Source: Azolla caroliniana
Taxonomy: Eukaryota > Plantae > Polypodiophyta
Assembly (NCBI GenBank): GCA_043228905.1
Contig: JBHGNT010000004.1
Location: forward strand, 3,162,001 to 3,226,000
Direction of reading: 5' to 3'
Length of the DNA stretch: 64,000 bases
Both the position numbers and the translations under genes were made by a program. Each line of letters begins with the position of its first letter. Position 1 is the stretch's first letter. Below are positions 23,785 to 36,034 of this stretch, piece by piece. The notes beneath the pieces are model-generated. The model did no database searches. It was not told where the DNA came from and saw nothing but the letters and a program-made list of their open reading frames with translations.

Positions 23785-26700
23785 GATTCCAACATAATCG
23801 CAGTGAACAACGGCTGGAATGGATGACTAGGCCAACAGACGACCCGGTTACGAAGAGAGCACGAAGACTTGCTGAACGGCAAAGGCGGCGAGAGGCTTTC
23901 CAACAAGCAGCGGAAGAAATCCGATCGGATCGATCATTTTCCAAAGTGATCCGAAAAGTGGCAGAGGAGTCGCTCCGTCTGCAACAAAACGCCTACCCGA
24001 ACGAAGGAAGTAGCTTAAGCAGTCTCCGAGAAGCGAAATCCCTTCTCCAGGCCTTGGCCAGAAGAGATGACGAATCTGAAGCATTTTCGGCGCTGGAATC
24101 GGATTCGGAAGGGGGTTACAGCGCGGACACGAACTATCGCAGCAATAACGACACCCCAGGAAAACCGGAGGACGAGGAGTCGGATACATTACCGACACCA
24201 GAACCAGAATTGTCAGACCGGGAACCTCCAGCACTAGACGTGGAGCAACCTCCAGAGACGGAAGAGGACAAAGAAAGACCTCTGACTCGGACAGAGGACC
24301 GACAAAGACCTCAGACTCCGACAGAGGACCAACAACGACCTCCGACGCCGACGGAAGAGCAGGAAAGACCACCGACACCGCCAGCCTGTGCACCGACACC
24401 GGTTGACGACATGTCATTCCAATACCCCAAGTATAGGGATGACCCAGACGCGGAGGCTCATGTTCACGCTTTTCAACAAACATGGGAGTCGAACCATGTG
24501 TCACAATGGTTAACCGTAACCGAAGAGGAACGATCTAAGATAGTCGAATTCAGCGTGACATTGGAAGGACCGGCCGCCAAATGGCACCGGACGCAGGACC
24601 CTAGCACCATCACCACCTTTGCGGACCTGAAAGCTAAATTCTTGCACTTCTTTCAAAAGGAGGTGGACCAGAGAGAAATGGTGGGCCTATTTTATACCAT
24701 CTACAGTTTGTCATCCGGTTTCAACGGATGCACAGTCAGCTTACGCGAACACCTCTGGAGGAAGAAACACGGGCTATATTCTTAGCTGCGCTCCAGGAAC
24801 CTCTACGTACGGTATGCACGGTCATCGACTTTCGCACAAGTACCGTCGACCAGGTCATCGACCGGGTTAGAGAAATGGAGAAAACAAGCTCTTGGCTAAC
24901 AATGGGAGCACTCCAACGAGCGTTACCAACCGATGAGGATCTCCGGTTTCGACAGGCCATTCAATGCACAACATGCCTAAATGCCGGACACTCAGCACTA
25001 GAATGCACCATGCGGTCGCAATGTCTACTGTGCCATTCCAAGAACCACACAATGGAGCAGTGCGAGTACAATTTGTTGAATCGCCAAGACCACCGGTTCG
25101 GCAAATCGAACCATGGAGTACCAAGGAGGAGGAAGAAGAACGTTGGAGGCGAGAAGAGTGATACCGACCGGCACAAGATGTCCGGTACAGGGACACCTAT
25201 GACTGGTATGATAGATATGATCGGTACCAGGATTATAATGGACGGTATGAAAGATACAATCGGAACCAATCCCCCGGTTACAACCAAGGACGGGAAGCCT
25301 ACGGGAGACATGATGACCAACCCCGTCAAGAGTATCGGAACAAAAAGAAACGCCATTTCAAGAAAAGGGGTTACCTACAGGAACCGGAGAAGGCCGCCTC
25401 AAGCAGCCAACCGAATCAAAGCCCCACCGTTACCACAAGTCCTCCACCGGGGGCAAGAAACAACGCCGAATCTAGCACTACCTGGAAAGCATATTGCTAC
25501 TATTGCCGACAAGAAGGACATTATAGTAATCAATGCTCGGCAAAGAGCTATGATAAACGGCCGACGGTGAACATGGTAGTCGGCGAAGTCGCAGACCTAC
25601 ACCAGGTAACCACAAGATCGAAGGGTAAGGCGACGGAATGGGAGGCGCAAGAGGCCATCCGCAAGCAAGCAACGGAATGGGTAAAAAAGGCGAATGCGCG
25701 AAACATGGTAGATCTTGCGTAGCAAAAGGAAAATACCGAAGAGCTCGTTGGCGGCAGTCAGCCCGAAAATGCGAGATGGTAGTCATTGCAGGAATGCCAA
25801 ATCACGCTGCCATTAGGACGGCTCTTGCAGCTAGTGCCTAGATTCACAAAAGGACTCAAGACAGGCATGACGGCAGGAGAAACACCACCGGCTCCAACAT
25901 TCTTCTCAAATTCGGAGGAGGGACCAACAGTAGTAGACACAAACAGTCCGGCAATCACAGCCATCGTGAAGGAGTTACTCGGAACAGTAATAGATGGAGG
26001 ATCCGGTGTCAATGTGATTAGCCTCTGAACGTGCAAAACCTTGGGAATCCAAGAGTGGGAACCATGCCTGTTCTGGCTGCGGATGGTGGATACAAGCTCA
26101 GTGCGACCGACCGGCTTGATACGAGATTTGAAAGTAACGATCGGCGGCCACACATTTCGCATTTCGGAAGTAGTGCTACAACTACAGGCACAAGGAGCTT
26201 ATCCACTATTGTTGGGGCGACCGTGGTTGAAAACGACGCACATTAAACAAAATTGGAGGAAGAATATAATCACCTTTCGGCAGGGAAAAGCAAAAGTACG
26301 GGTACCGACACAACCACGGACGGGTACTGGGAAGGAATTGACACCCCTATATGCCGAATGCGTCAATATGCTGGATGGATTAGCAGGCGAAGAGGTAGAT
26401 CAATACTTGCAGGATAATCCGAAGATCGTACCTCTGTTTGAAATCGACGTAGCCGAAGCCGTATCACCATACATACTGCCACCAGACGGAGCCGAAGCCG
26501 TATCACCATACATACTGCCACCAGACGGAGCCGACGAGGAACCAAATAAAGAAGTGATCTGGGAGCTACGGTAAGCACAGGAGGCGCTGGAAAGAGAAAT
26601 GGCTGTATCGCAACGGGTTAAAGCATCCCAACTAAAGGAGGTAAATCTAGGAACTACGGAACAGGCGAGACCGGTGCACATCGCCAAGAAAATGACTCCG

Positions 26701-28017
26701 GAGAACAAAACGGCGATGATTACACTTGTCAAAGAATATCGGGACATGTTTGCCTGGTCTTACGAGGATATGCGAGGGCTCGATCCTCAGCTATATCGGC
26801 ATTAGATACATTTGAGCAAAGACACCAAACTGGTAGCACAACGGCGGTACCGGATGAATCCAAATTACGCCGCCAAAGTCAAGGAGGAAATCGACAAGTT
26901 GTTGAGGGTTGGCTTTATCCGCCTAGTAAAGAAATCTATATGGTTGAGCCTAATAGTAGTCGTACCAAAGAAAAATGGCAAAATTAGAGTTTGTGTCGAC
27001 TACCGTAAGCTTAATGCAGCGACGGTAACAGATGCATTCCCACTCCCATTTACGGATGGAGTTTTGGACGCAATCGCCGGCCATGAGGTATACAGTTTCT
27101 TAAACGGATTCAATGGATACAACCAAATCCGGATGCACCTCGATGACCAAGAGAAAACGACTTTCGTTACCGAATGGGGAGTGTTTGTTGCCGTAGTAAT
27201 GATGTTCGGACTAAAAACAGAGGATCATCATGGAAATATTCGAAGAATTCATACCGGCATTCATGCAAGTGTTTCTGGATGACTTCGCCGTCTATAGCCG
27301 GAAAGGAGATCACTTTCAGCACCTCCGACTGTGTCTAGAGAAATGTCGGGCTTACCGCCTAAGCTTGAATCCGACAAAATGTGTATTCGGAGTGTCAAGC
27401 GAGGCGCTATTAGGACACATTGTGAGCAAGGAAGGAATTGTCGTGAACCCGGACAAAGTAAAAGCAATCTTGGAGGCACCGGCACCACCAACGACCAAAG
27501 CATTAAGCCATTTCTTAAGCCAAATCCTGTGGCATAGCCGAATGCTCCGATATCTAGCGGACCTAACTACACCACTACATGCTGCGGCACACCGAACACC
27601 GTTCCAGTGGACGGACAACGAAGACAAGGCGTACAGGGCACTCAAAATACTATTGTCGCAAGCGCCGGTAGTGCAACCCCCGGATTGGGCTAAGGAGTTT
27701 CATGTGTTCATGGATGCGTCCGACATTGCAATCGGAAGTGCGCTGATGCAACTTACGGAGCCAAGGTGGTACCGACCTGTATATTACGCAAGCCAAACGA
27801 AATTATTCCACCACGAAAAGGGAAGCTTTGGGCATGATCTACATCGTGACAAAATTCAGACAAAATTCAGACACGTAGATCATTCGGCACTCCTCTATTT
27901 AGTTTCCAAAGCGTCACTAATCGGTTAGTTGGCACGGTGGACGTTGCTGTTACAGGAATTTGAGTTCGAAATATTCCACCGACCCGACATACAACACGTA
28001 GTAGCAGACTATTTGAG

Positions 28018-31000
28018 GCTTAGTCGGTAAACCCTACATTTTTCTAGGTAGAGTTGGAGGTGCTGAAGGTGATCCCCTTCCTGGCTAGGTCACCAGATAC
28101 CAAAGCATTCGGCTATGTCACCAAATTTGTCCTAAGAACCGGCTTAGTGCCTTTGCCGTTGCCGTTGTCGTGGATTTCTTTTACTTTGTCCGGATCCACT
28201 GCGATACCGTCCTTGCTGACTATGTGGCCTAGTAACGCTCCGCTTGTTACTCCGAACACGCATTTTGCCGGGTTCAAGTTTAGTCAATAAACCCTACATT
28301 TTTCTAGGCATAGTCGGAGGTGCTAAAGGTGATCCCCTTCTTGGCTATAAACAACGAAGTCATCCAAAAACACCTGCATGAATGTCGGAATGAATTCCCC
28401 GAAAATTTCCATGATGATCTGTTGGAAGGTTGCCGGTGCCGTTTTCAGTCTGAACATCATCACTACGGCAACAAAGACTCCCCATTCGGTGACAAAAGCG
28501 GTTTTCTCTTGGTCGGCGGTGTGCATCCGGATCTGATTATAGCCGTTGAAACCATCCAGAAAATTGTACACCTTATGACCGACGACCGCATCCAAGACTC
28601 CATCCGTGAGTGGAAGTGGGAAGACATCCGTTACTATAGCCGCATTCAATTTTCGGTAGTCGACGCACACTCTGATCTTACCGTTCTTTTTGGGTACTAC
28701 AACTATTGGGCTGAGCCATGTGGCTTTCTTTACCGGTCGGATGAAGCCCACTCTCAGCAACTTGTCGATTTCTTCTTTGACCTTTGCTGCGTAATTCGGG
28801 TTCATCCGGTAACGTCGTTGTGCTACCGGTTTGGAATCTTTGCTCAGATGTATCTGGTGTTGATATAACTGAGGATCGAGTCCCGACATGTCTTCGTAGG
28901 ACCAGGCGAACACATCGCAAAATTCTTTTAGGAGTGTGATCATTGCCGTTTTGTTCTCCGAAGTCATTTCCTTGGCGATGTGCACCGGTCTTATGTCCTC
29001 TATGGTACCTAGGTTTAGCTCTTCTAGTTGGGATGCTTTCACGCGCTGTGATACTGCCATTTCTTTTTCCAGTGCCTCCAGTGCTTGCCGTAATTCCCGG
29101 ATTGCCTCTTTATCCAGTTCCTCGTCGGTCCCGTCCGGTTGCAATACGTACGGTGATACTACTTCGGCTACATCAATCTCGAACAGGGGTACGATCTTCG
29201 AATTTTCCTGTAAGTATTGATCGACCTCTTCGTCCGCCAATCCTTCCAGCATGTTAACACATTCCGCATATAGCGGCGTTGATTCCTTACCGGTATCGGA
29301 TCGTGGTTGAGTCGGTACTCGTACTTTCGCTTTTCCACGCCGAAACGTAATTATGTTCTTCCTCCAGTTTGGCTTTATGTGTGCCGTTTTTAACCAGGGC
29401 CGTCCCAACAATAGTGGGTAAGCTCCCTAAGCTTGTAGCTGGAGAACTACTGCGGAAATGTGAAATGTGTGTGGTCACTTCCAGATCGCGTATTAATCCA
29501 GTCGGCCGTACTGAGCTAGTGTTCGTCATCCGAAGCCAAAACGGACACGGTTCCCAGTCCTGGATTCCTAGCGTGGTACACGTTCGGAGGCTAATCACGT
29601 TCATGTCAGGTAGCTCTTTTCCCTTCACGATGGTTGTGATTGCTGGACTGCTTGTGTCCACCACTGCCGGTCCTTCCTCCGGATTTGAAAAGAATGTCAG
29701 AGCCGGTGGTGTGGCAACTGTCGACCTTCCGGTCTTCAGTCCTTCTGTGAACCGTGGTACCAGTTGCAATAGCCGGCCTAACGACAACGTGATTTGGCAT
29801 TCTTGTAACGCTTGCCATGTTGGGTTTTCGGGTTGCCCCAGGCCGACGAGTTCTTTGGCATTCTCCTTTTGTTGTTCGAGCTCTGCCACATTTCGCTCAT
29901 TTGCCTTCTTCACCCATTCGATTGCCTGCTTCCGGATGGCTTCTTGAGTTTCCGACTCCGTGGCTTTGCCTTTTGATCTTGTAGTGACTTGTTGTAGGTC
30001 CGCGACTTCCCGTCTACCATGTTCACCGTTGGTCGCTTGTTGTAGCTCTTCGCCGAACATTGATTACTATAATGGCCCTCTTGCCGGCAATAATAGGAGT
30101 ACGGCTTCCGAGTGTTGCTGGATTCGGCGTGTGTGCTTGGTGGCGGACCAGGGGCAAGTGCTTGGTTTTGGTCCGGTTGGCTACTCGGAGCGCCCTTTTC
30201 CGATTCTCGTGGATGACCCCCTTTTTGTCGAAATGACGTTTCTTATTGAAATTCTTTTTGGTGCGGTATCCTTGTCGAGGCTGGTTGTCATCCTTGCCAT
30301 AGTCGTCCCGTCGATGGTTGTAACCAAGGCAGTGATCCCGGTTATATCTTTCATACCGTCCATTATAGTCCTGGTACCTGTCTTGTCTATCATATCGGTC
30401 ATACGCGTCTCTTCGATCGTTATACCGAACATCTTGTGCCGGCCGGTAGAGCTCCTCTTGCCGCCAACGTTCTTCTTCTTTCTCCCAGTTGCTCCATGGT
30501 TGAATTTGCCGGACCGGTGGTGCTTGTCGTTCCATTGTGTGACTTCTAGAGTGGCAGAGCAAGCATTGGGAACGCATGGTGCATTCCAACGCTGAATGTC
30601 CAGCATTCAGGCATATCGTACATTGAACTGCTTGTCGGAAACGGAGGTCCTCTTCCGTCGGTAGTGTACGTTGCAGTGCGCCCATGGTTAGCCATGAACT
30701 CAAGTTTTCCATTTCCCGAACTCGGTCAATCACTTGATCTATGCTACTGGTGCGGAAATCGATGACGATGCACACCATCTGTAAGGGTTCCCGGAGTGCT
30801 GCTAAGAATATGGCCTTTGTTTCTTCCTCCGGTGGTGTCTGGCTGAGCTGACTGTGTATCCGCTAGAACCGGATGACAAACTGTTGGATGTTCTCCGTTG
30901 GTTCCTGCTGGATACTGTAAAATAACCCGACCATTTCCCGCTGGTCCATCTCCTTGTGGAAGAAATGCAAGAATTTTGTCTTTAATGTTTCAAACGTGGG

Positions 31001-32310
31001 GATGGTGCTGGGATCCTGTGTTCAGTGCCATCTGGCAGCCGGTCCCTCCAAGGTCATGCCGAACTCTGCCCCGTTTTGAGCGTTCCTCTTCAGCTGCATT
31101 TAAGCATTGGGACACATGGTTCACTTCCCAGGTTTACTGAAACGCATGGACGTGGGCTTCCGCGTCCGGATCATCCCGGTATCTGGGATATTGGAACGGC
31201 ATATTGTCGTCCGGTGTCGGTACACGGGCTGGTGGTGTCAGTGGTTGTTACTCCTCTGGTGGTGTCGGAGGTTTTCCCCGGTCTTCTGTCGCCGTCAGAG
31301 GTCTTTCCCGCTCCTCTTGTGGTGTCGGAGGCTTCTCCTCCTCGACTTCCGATGTTGAAGGTCTCTCGTCATCGACTTATGGTTCCAGAGTGTGATCAAC
31401 TTCTGGTACCGGAGTTTCCAACCTTGGACTAGTGTCGGCAAAGTATCTGACTCCTCGTCCTCTAGTCCGCCTGGGGTGTCGTTATTGTTGCGGTAGTTCG
31501 TCTGCGCGCTGTATTCCCCGTCCGAACCTGATTCAAATGCCGAAAATGCTTCGGATTCGCCTTCCCCCGCTGCCAATGCCTGGAGAAGGGATTCTGCTTC
31601 CCGGAGGCTGCTTAGGGTGTTTCCTTCGTTCGAGTAAGCGTTTTGTGGTAGCCGAAGTGATTCCTTGGCAACTCTCCGGATCACTTTCGAAAATGAGCAA
31701 TCTGCTCTAATTTCTTCTGCTGCTTGCTAGAAAGCCTCTCGCTTCCTCAGCCGTTTAGCATGTCGCCTTGCTCGCTCCGTAACCGGGTCGTTCGTTGGTC
31801 GCGTCATCCATTCACACTGTTGTTCGCTATGATTGTGCAAGAATCGTGGTCGCCAAAAACTGTGTTAATCCTTAGGGTCGAACAATGGCCTAACACAGGG
31901 TGTCTCCGGAAGACACTTTACCAAAAGGTGTTACGGCGAGATAACTTAAGGCACAACGATTACTTCGACTTAATTAGCTACTTAGCAATAAGGCATACAC
32001 TTAATACACGCGTAAGATATAACAATTAATTAAGAACGGTAATCAATACGTGAAGATAAAACAAGAAGCTTATATTAATTCTCCGTTTAAGTTATACATT
32101 GTAACTGAGCCCTTTATATAGGTCACCGGTGTTGCGTACAAAACGGTGCCAACCGGCAGCTATTCGGAATCGGTCCGGATCCGGATCGGCATACCGATTC
32201 CGATCCGTCCGTTCACTACATAATTATAATCTAATCTACTTAATTAAATATATTCCGAATAACCATCCCTTTCACATTTTGATCTCTGCTCCTTTGCTGG
32301 CCGGGTAACA
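28018..32310 (-). mobile_element. Second Ty3/Gypsy element of the same family, opposite strand, 3'-truncated near the end of RT
   Basis: LTR 32310-31861 (TGTTACCCGGCC..ATTAACACA) and PBS. ORFs 31295..31684, 30023..30778, 29287..30060 and 28323..29411 are colinear with the left element (LGRPWLKT, SPIVVVPKKNGKIRVCVDYRKLN, VFLDDF). Confidence 0.95.
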
Positions 32311-32329
32311 TAAAGATTAATAAAAAAAG

Positions 32330-35300
32330 CTATCAACAAAAGCCTACAAAAAGAAAAGAGAGGGGAATTCATTTGCTCTATTCCCACAAAAGTGAGCACC
32401 AAGGCAATCAAGAAACACAAGGGAAAAGAAAACGCCACGGGGAACAACAAATTGGGGTTTGTTCTCATGTCTGTCTTCTTTTTCTTTTTTAATCATCGTC
32501 ATCTTGGTCGTTTTCTTCTTCTGCTGCTGCTTTTGCTGCTTTTCTTCATCATCATTATTATCGTCAATGTCATTATGAAGGAGATAATAGCTCCTTCTTG
32601 CAGGATGGTTAAAGTGTTGCTTTATTGAATAGCATCAATCTCACATCCCATCCACGAGTACCACCTATTCGCCAATGGGACATTAATACCAAATTATTTA
32701 AGCTTTGCACCATTTATAAACATTCTCCCCTTGTATGTAGAAGTAAAACAATATCTCGGCTGCATTGCCTTTATTGCCATCAATTTTGTTTTGTCCACAC
32801 TTATAGTTAATGCATTGATTTGACAGAAAATGTCCAATGCATATCATCTAAAGTACATGAGCATAAAATAATCAACTTACTTCCATAATAACTCTTACTG
32901 TAATAAAATGATTGATAGTTGAAATTTTGGTCTAATGCATGTGTGACCAAGTGCTTGTTTGTAATGATGTTCAGCCATGTGCTAATATTTCGTTCCACGA
33001 TAAAAAGTGACTAAAGAATCTTGTTATCAGTACATGTAAGATTCTCAAGTCAAATATATGTAATTTCTGTCATTGAAAGATCTCTAGCATAGATCGATCC
33101 AGAATGGAGAGGGCTCTGAAGCAAGAGAAGCAATTGTGATGACAGGATATAATGGCCTTTACAATATACAGAAAAGCATATCCTAACAAGATAAACAATC
33201 GCAATGAAAACTGTTGTAACATAAGCTAAAATAACAGCAAAAGTAGTGACAGGATTCTTAAGATTTCGATGACACATACTTAAAACACTTCACAAAGCGC
33301 TGTTTAGCAGTGCAAGTAAACTCTGTTCGAGAAGAAAGCTTCCTGATAATCATTCTAAAACTTCCAAGAATCGTGGCATTTATGTAAAAAAAATGATATC
33401 GATGAATAAGCTAGAGAAAGAATAAAAGTAACACCGACCAAAGGGATATTCTTCAGCTGTGTAACAATAAGATCTGATCCAAGATGAAAGAAAGTTTCTT
33501 TGATGATCTGTACGTGTATATAATCTGTCTATTAAAAATGATAGGTATGTAGTATAGACAGCACCTTCTCCCCCTCTCCCTGGAGATTTATTGGAACATA
33601 TCCAACAATCATCTTGGCAAGTACGACGAACAGATAAAGAGAAACAAGAGGGGCAAAAATCAAACCTCTTCAGTAGAGACAGTTATTTGTAGTTAGTTTT
33701 CGCCTCGTCTTCCTGCCTGATGAATCGGACCATCTGCTGGACCTGTTTGGACACATCCAAATCATTCATGGCGTCGATAATCTCTGCACTGCAACCACGA
33801 ATTAGTGAGGACAAACCGAGGGGATATATATATATAAAGCGATAGCTAAATATCTATGGTTATAGCCAAGGCCAAGGCCATAGCCATTGCCATAGTCATG
33901 TATCTGCAGATATAGCCACAGGACGTACACTGCATATCTAAGGAGTCTGGTTTTCGTTGAAGAATGAATGAATGTGCAGGATTTCTTCTTCTTCCTTCCT
34001 GTGTAATAATAATGTACAGAAGATAGTATGTAATAACGAAGTCGTAACTACGTATATACACATACATATATGCATTATCAAATAGAGTGGTGTTTCTTCG
34101 TTGTCCCACCACCACCATATAAAAGACTTGGAGATGGACACTCCCGCTCGGAAAGAGAGTTGGATGATTCCAATGGCCGCGATTGTCGGATCACATGGAA
34201 GGGTTCATGAGTCTCGCGCTATATATTTGTGTATGTTTGTCTTGGTCTACAAATCTACAAACCAATCTTTCTTCTCTTGTATATGTGTTTGTGCATATTC
34301 CATGCGTGCTAGGGTCATGACCTTGCACACCAATTCTAACGATTTGTTTCCGTGGTTTGGAAACCGGTCATACTAAGGCATGTTACAAACCCATAAGGAG
34401 TTGTCATATGAGGCAATGCATGAACCTAAGGTGTTTAGCTATGCAACAGGTATTGGATACCCCCTTCATTATAACAAGTCGTTGACATTTCCAAGACTCG
34501 AGTGTTGAGGCAAAGCCCTTGGTCTTTAGATCCATTTTCATCACAACTCCAATTGGTTTTTGTGGTTAAGCACCCTAAATCCATTTTTTCCCCTTAATCT
34601 TCTCATTCAATTGTTTGTCATTAGTATTTTGTAGCATTATCATTGCTTTGACATTCTCTTGTTGTGAGGCAAGATTAGGGCATATGCCGTCATGTATGCA
34701 TATGCATGTTTTTACTCAATTGCAACGCTCCACTTTCAATCACATTCTAGTTTTGCTTTCCACATATTTTCAACTCTAACCTATCTTCCCTTGCACATTT
34801 CTCATTCCATCATGATGCGTTCTCAATTGCAATGTAGGTAAAAATTAATCAAGTCATCGATCAACTCCACATGCACAACATGTAAATGGTATGTGTTAGT
34901 TCTGTTAGTTCAATTTTTCATATTTGACCTATCGTAGAGCACAAAGAAATATAAGGTCGAGGGAATGTTTGAAGACCCAAAGAACCCATTACGGCAAGCC
35001 CCAAAGCACAAGATGGATAAATTATTCTAGTTTGAAACATGAATTAAGGGCATGGGTATTAGTAGTAGCCAGTATTATTGATAAGTTTGAGTACAAGCAC
35101 ATTATTATAAAAGGGTGTAGTGTTTTACTCATTTATAGTAAGCTCACACACAAACGAGCGTTGTAGGTCTTGGCAAAAAACAATCTTGTAAGACCTAATT
35201 TTATAAATAGGTATGGTAATTGATACTAATAGAAGTAAAAATGCCCTTTCCTCATAGAAGGATGTTCAAAAACTTAGAAACACAATAAAAGCAAGCTCTT

Positions 35301-36030
35301 GAACACAAGATGGACGATAGATATTACAACCACAATCATTGTTTAACTATTCTATTAGTGGTAAATGTGATACATAATCAAACCTCACAAAATCCACAAG
35401 TAATAGGTAGATACTCATAATCCTTGCATACCTACATGAAAGAAGGCGAAGTAATGATTTCAAAATTGTTTGCCTCATGAGTGGATGGAGTCAACACAAT
35501 GGTTAAAAAGGGAAAATGTAGACATCATGCTTAATCTATCCTGATAATCAATGGCTGAGATGGTTAAACCAAGATATATTCCTCACATATAAACAATGTA
35601 TTTCCAAATGTGATTGTAACCCGAAACACATAATCTTAAATGATGGTTTAGTTCAGACTCTTAAAACAAATTTCAGTATACTTCTACAGAACAAAGCACA
35701 ACACCACTTTGCCTCCATTACAGTAGTGGACGCATTGAATATTGACATGAATGGCAAAACAGAATGCGTTAAAGAACCATTCAGTTCAATTACCAGAATT
35801 TTCTTGTTCTACTTCCATGCAACTCTAGAAGTGAAACTTACCGACTTTTTCGTGTTTTATTCCAAGGCAACACCAGAAATGAAATATGAACCATTTGAAT
35901 GAAGCACAATTGATTCGGATAAGTAAGTAATATTGAAACAAAACAGAAACGCGAAGCAGCAATGAATGATGAAGTTTCATTGTTGACAGTGTGTTCATAA
36001 AATTCAACTTTCCATTCCAGTGGGAGGAAC
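32330..36030 (-). pseudogene. VHA-E: Condensed locus copy C: 58.5-59.5 kb block, VHA-E intron 1 and exon 1 (frameshifted), spacer, 3'UTR of the 48526-49962 gene
   Basis: 32330-33155 matches 58465-59555; 33155-33770 matches 10890-11505 (MNDLDVSKQVQQMVRFIRQED.. then stop); 35690-36020 matches 48030-48300. Confidence 0.9.
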
Positions 36031-36034
36031 CAAG

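Larger units (their letters stand above)
23322..28017 (+). mobile_element. Ty3/Gypsy LTR retrotransposon, 3'-truncated (LTR, gag, protease, RT, RNase H; no integrase or 3' LTR)
   Basis: LTR TG..CA at 23322-23769 followed by a PBS. Gag TLEGPAAKWH..TFADLKAKF with CCHC knuckles; protease IDGGSGVN; RT RVCVDYRKLN, GYNQI, VFLDDF; RNase H DASDIAIG..EFEIFHRP..ADYL. Many frameshifts and stops. Confidence 0.95.

Noticed and set aside
28320-31432. Long + strand ORFs (28320..28868, 29369..29947, 29960..30595) as genes
   Set aside because: Antisense shadows of the GC-richer gag-pol frames.
23322-32310. Single DIRS-like element with inverted terminal repeats
   Set aside because: No tyrosine recombinase. 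Both halves carry their own PBS, gag, protease region and RT of Ty3/Gypsy type.
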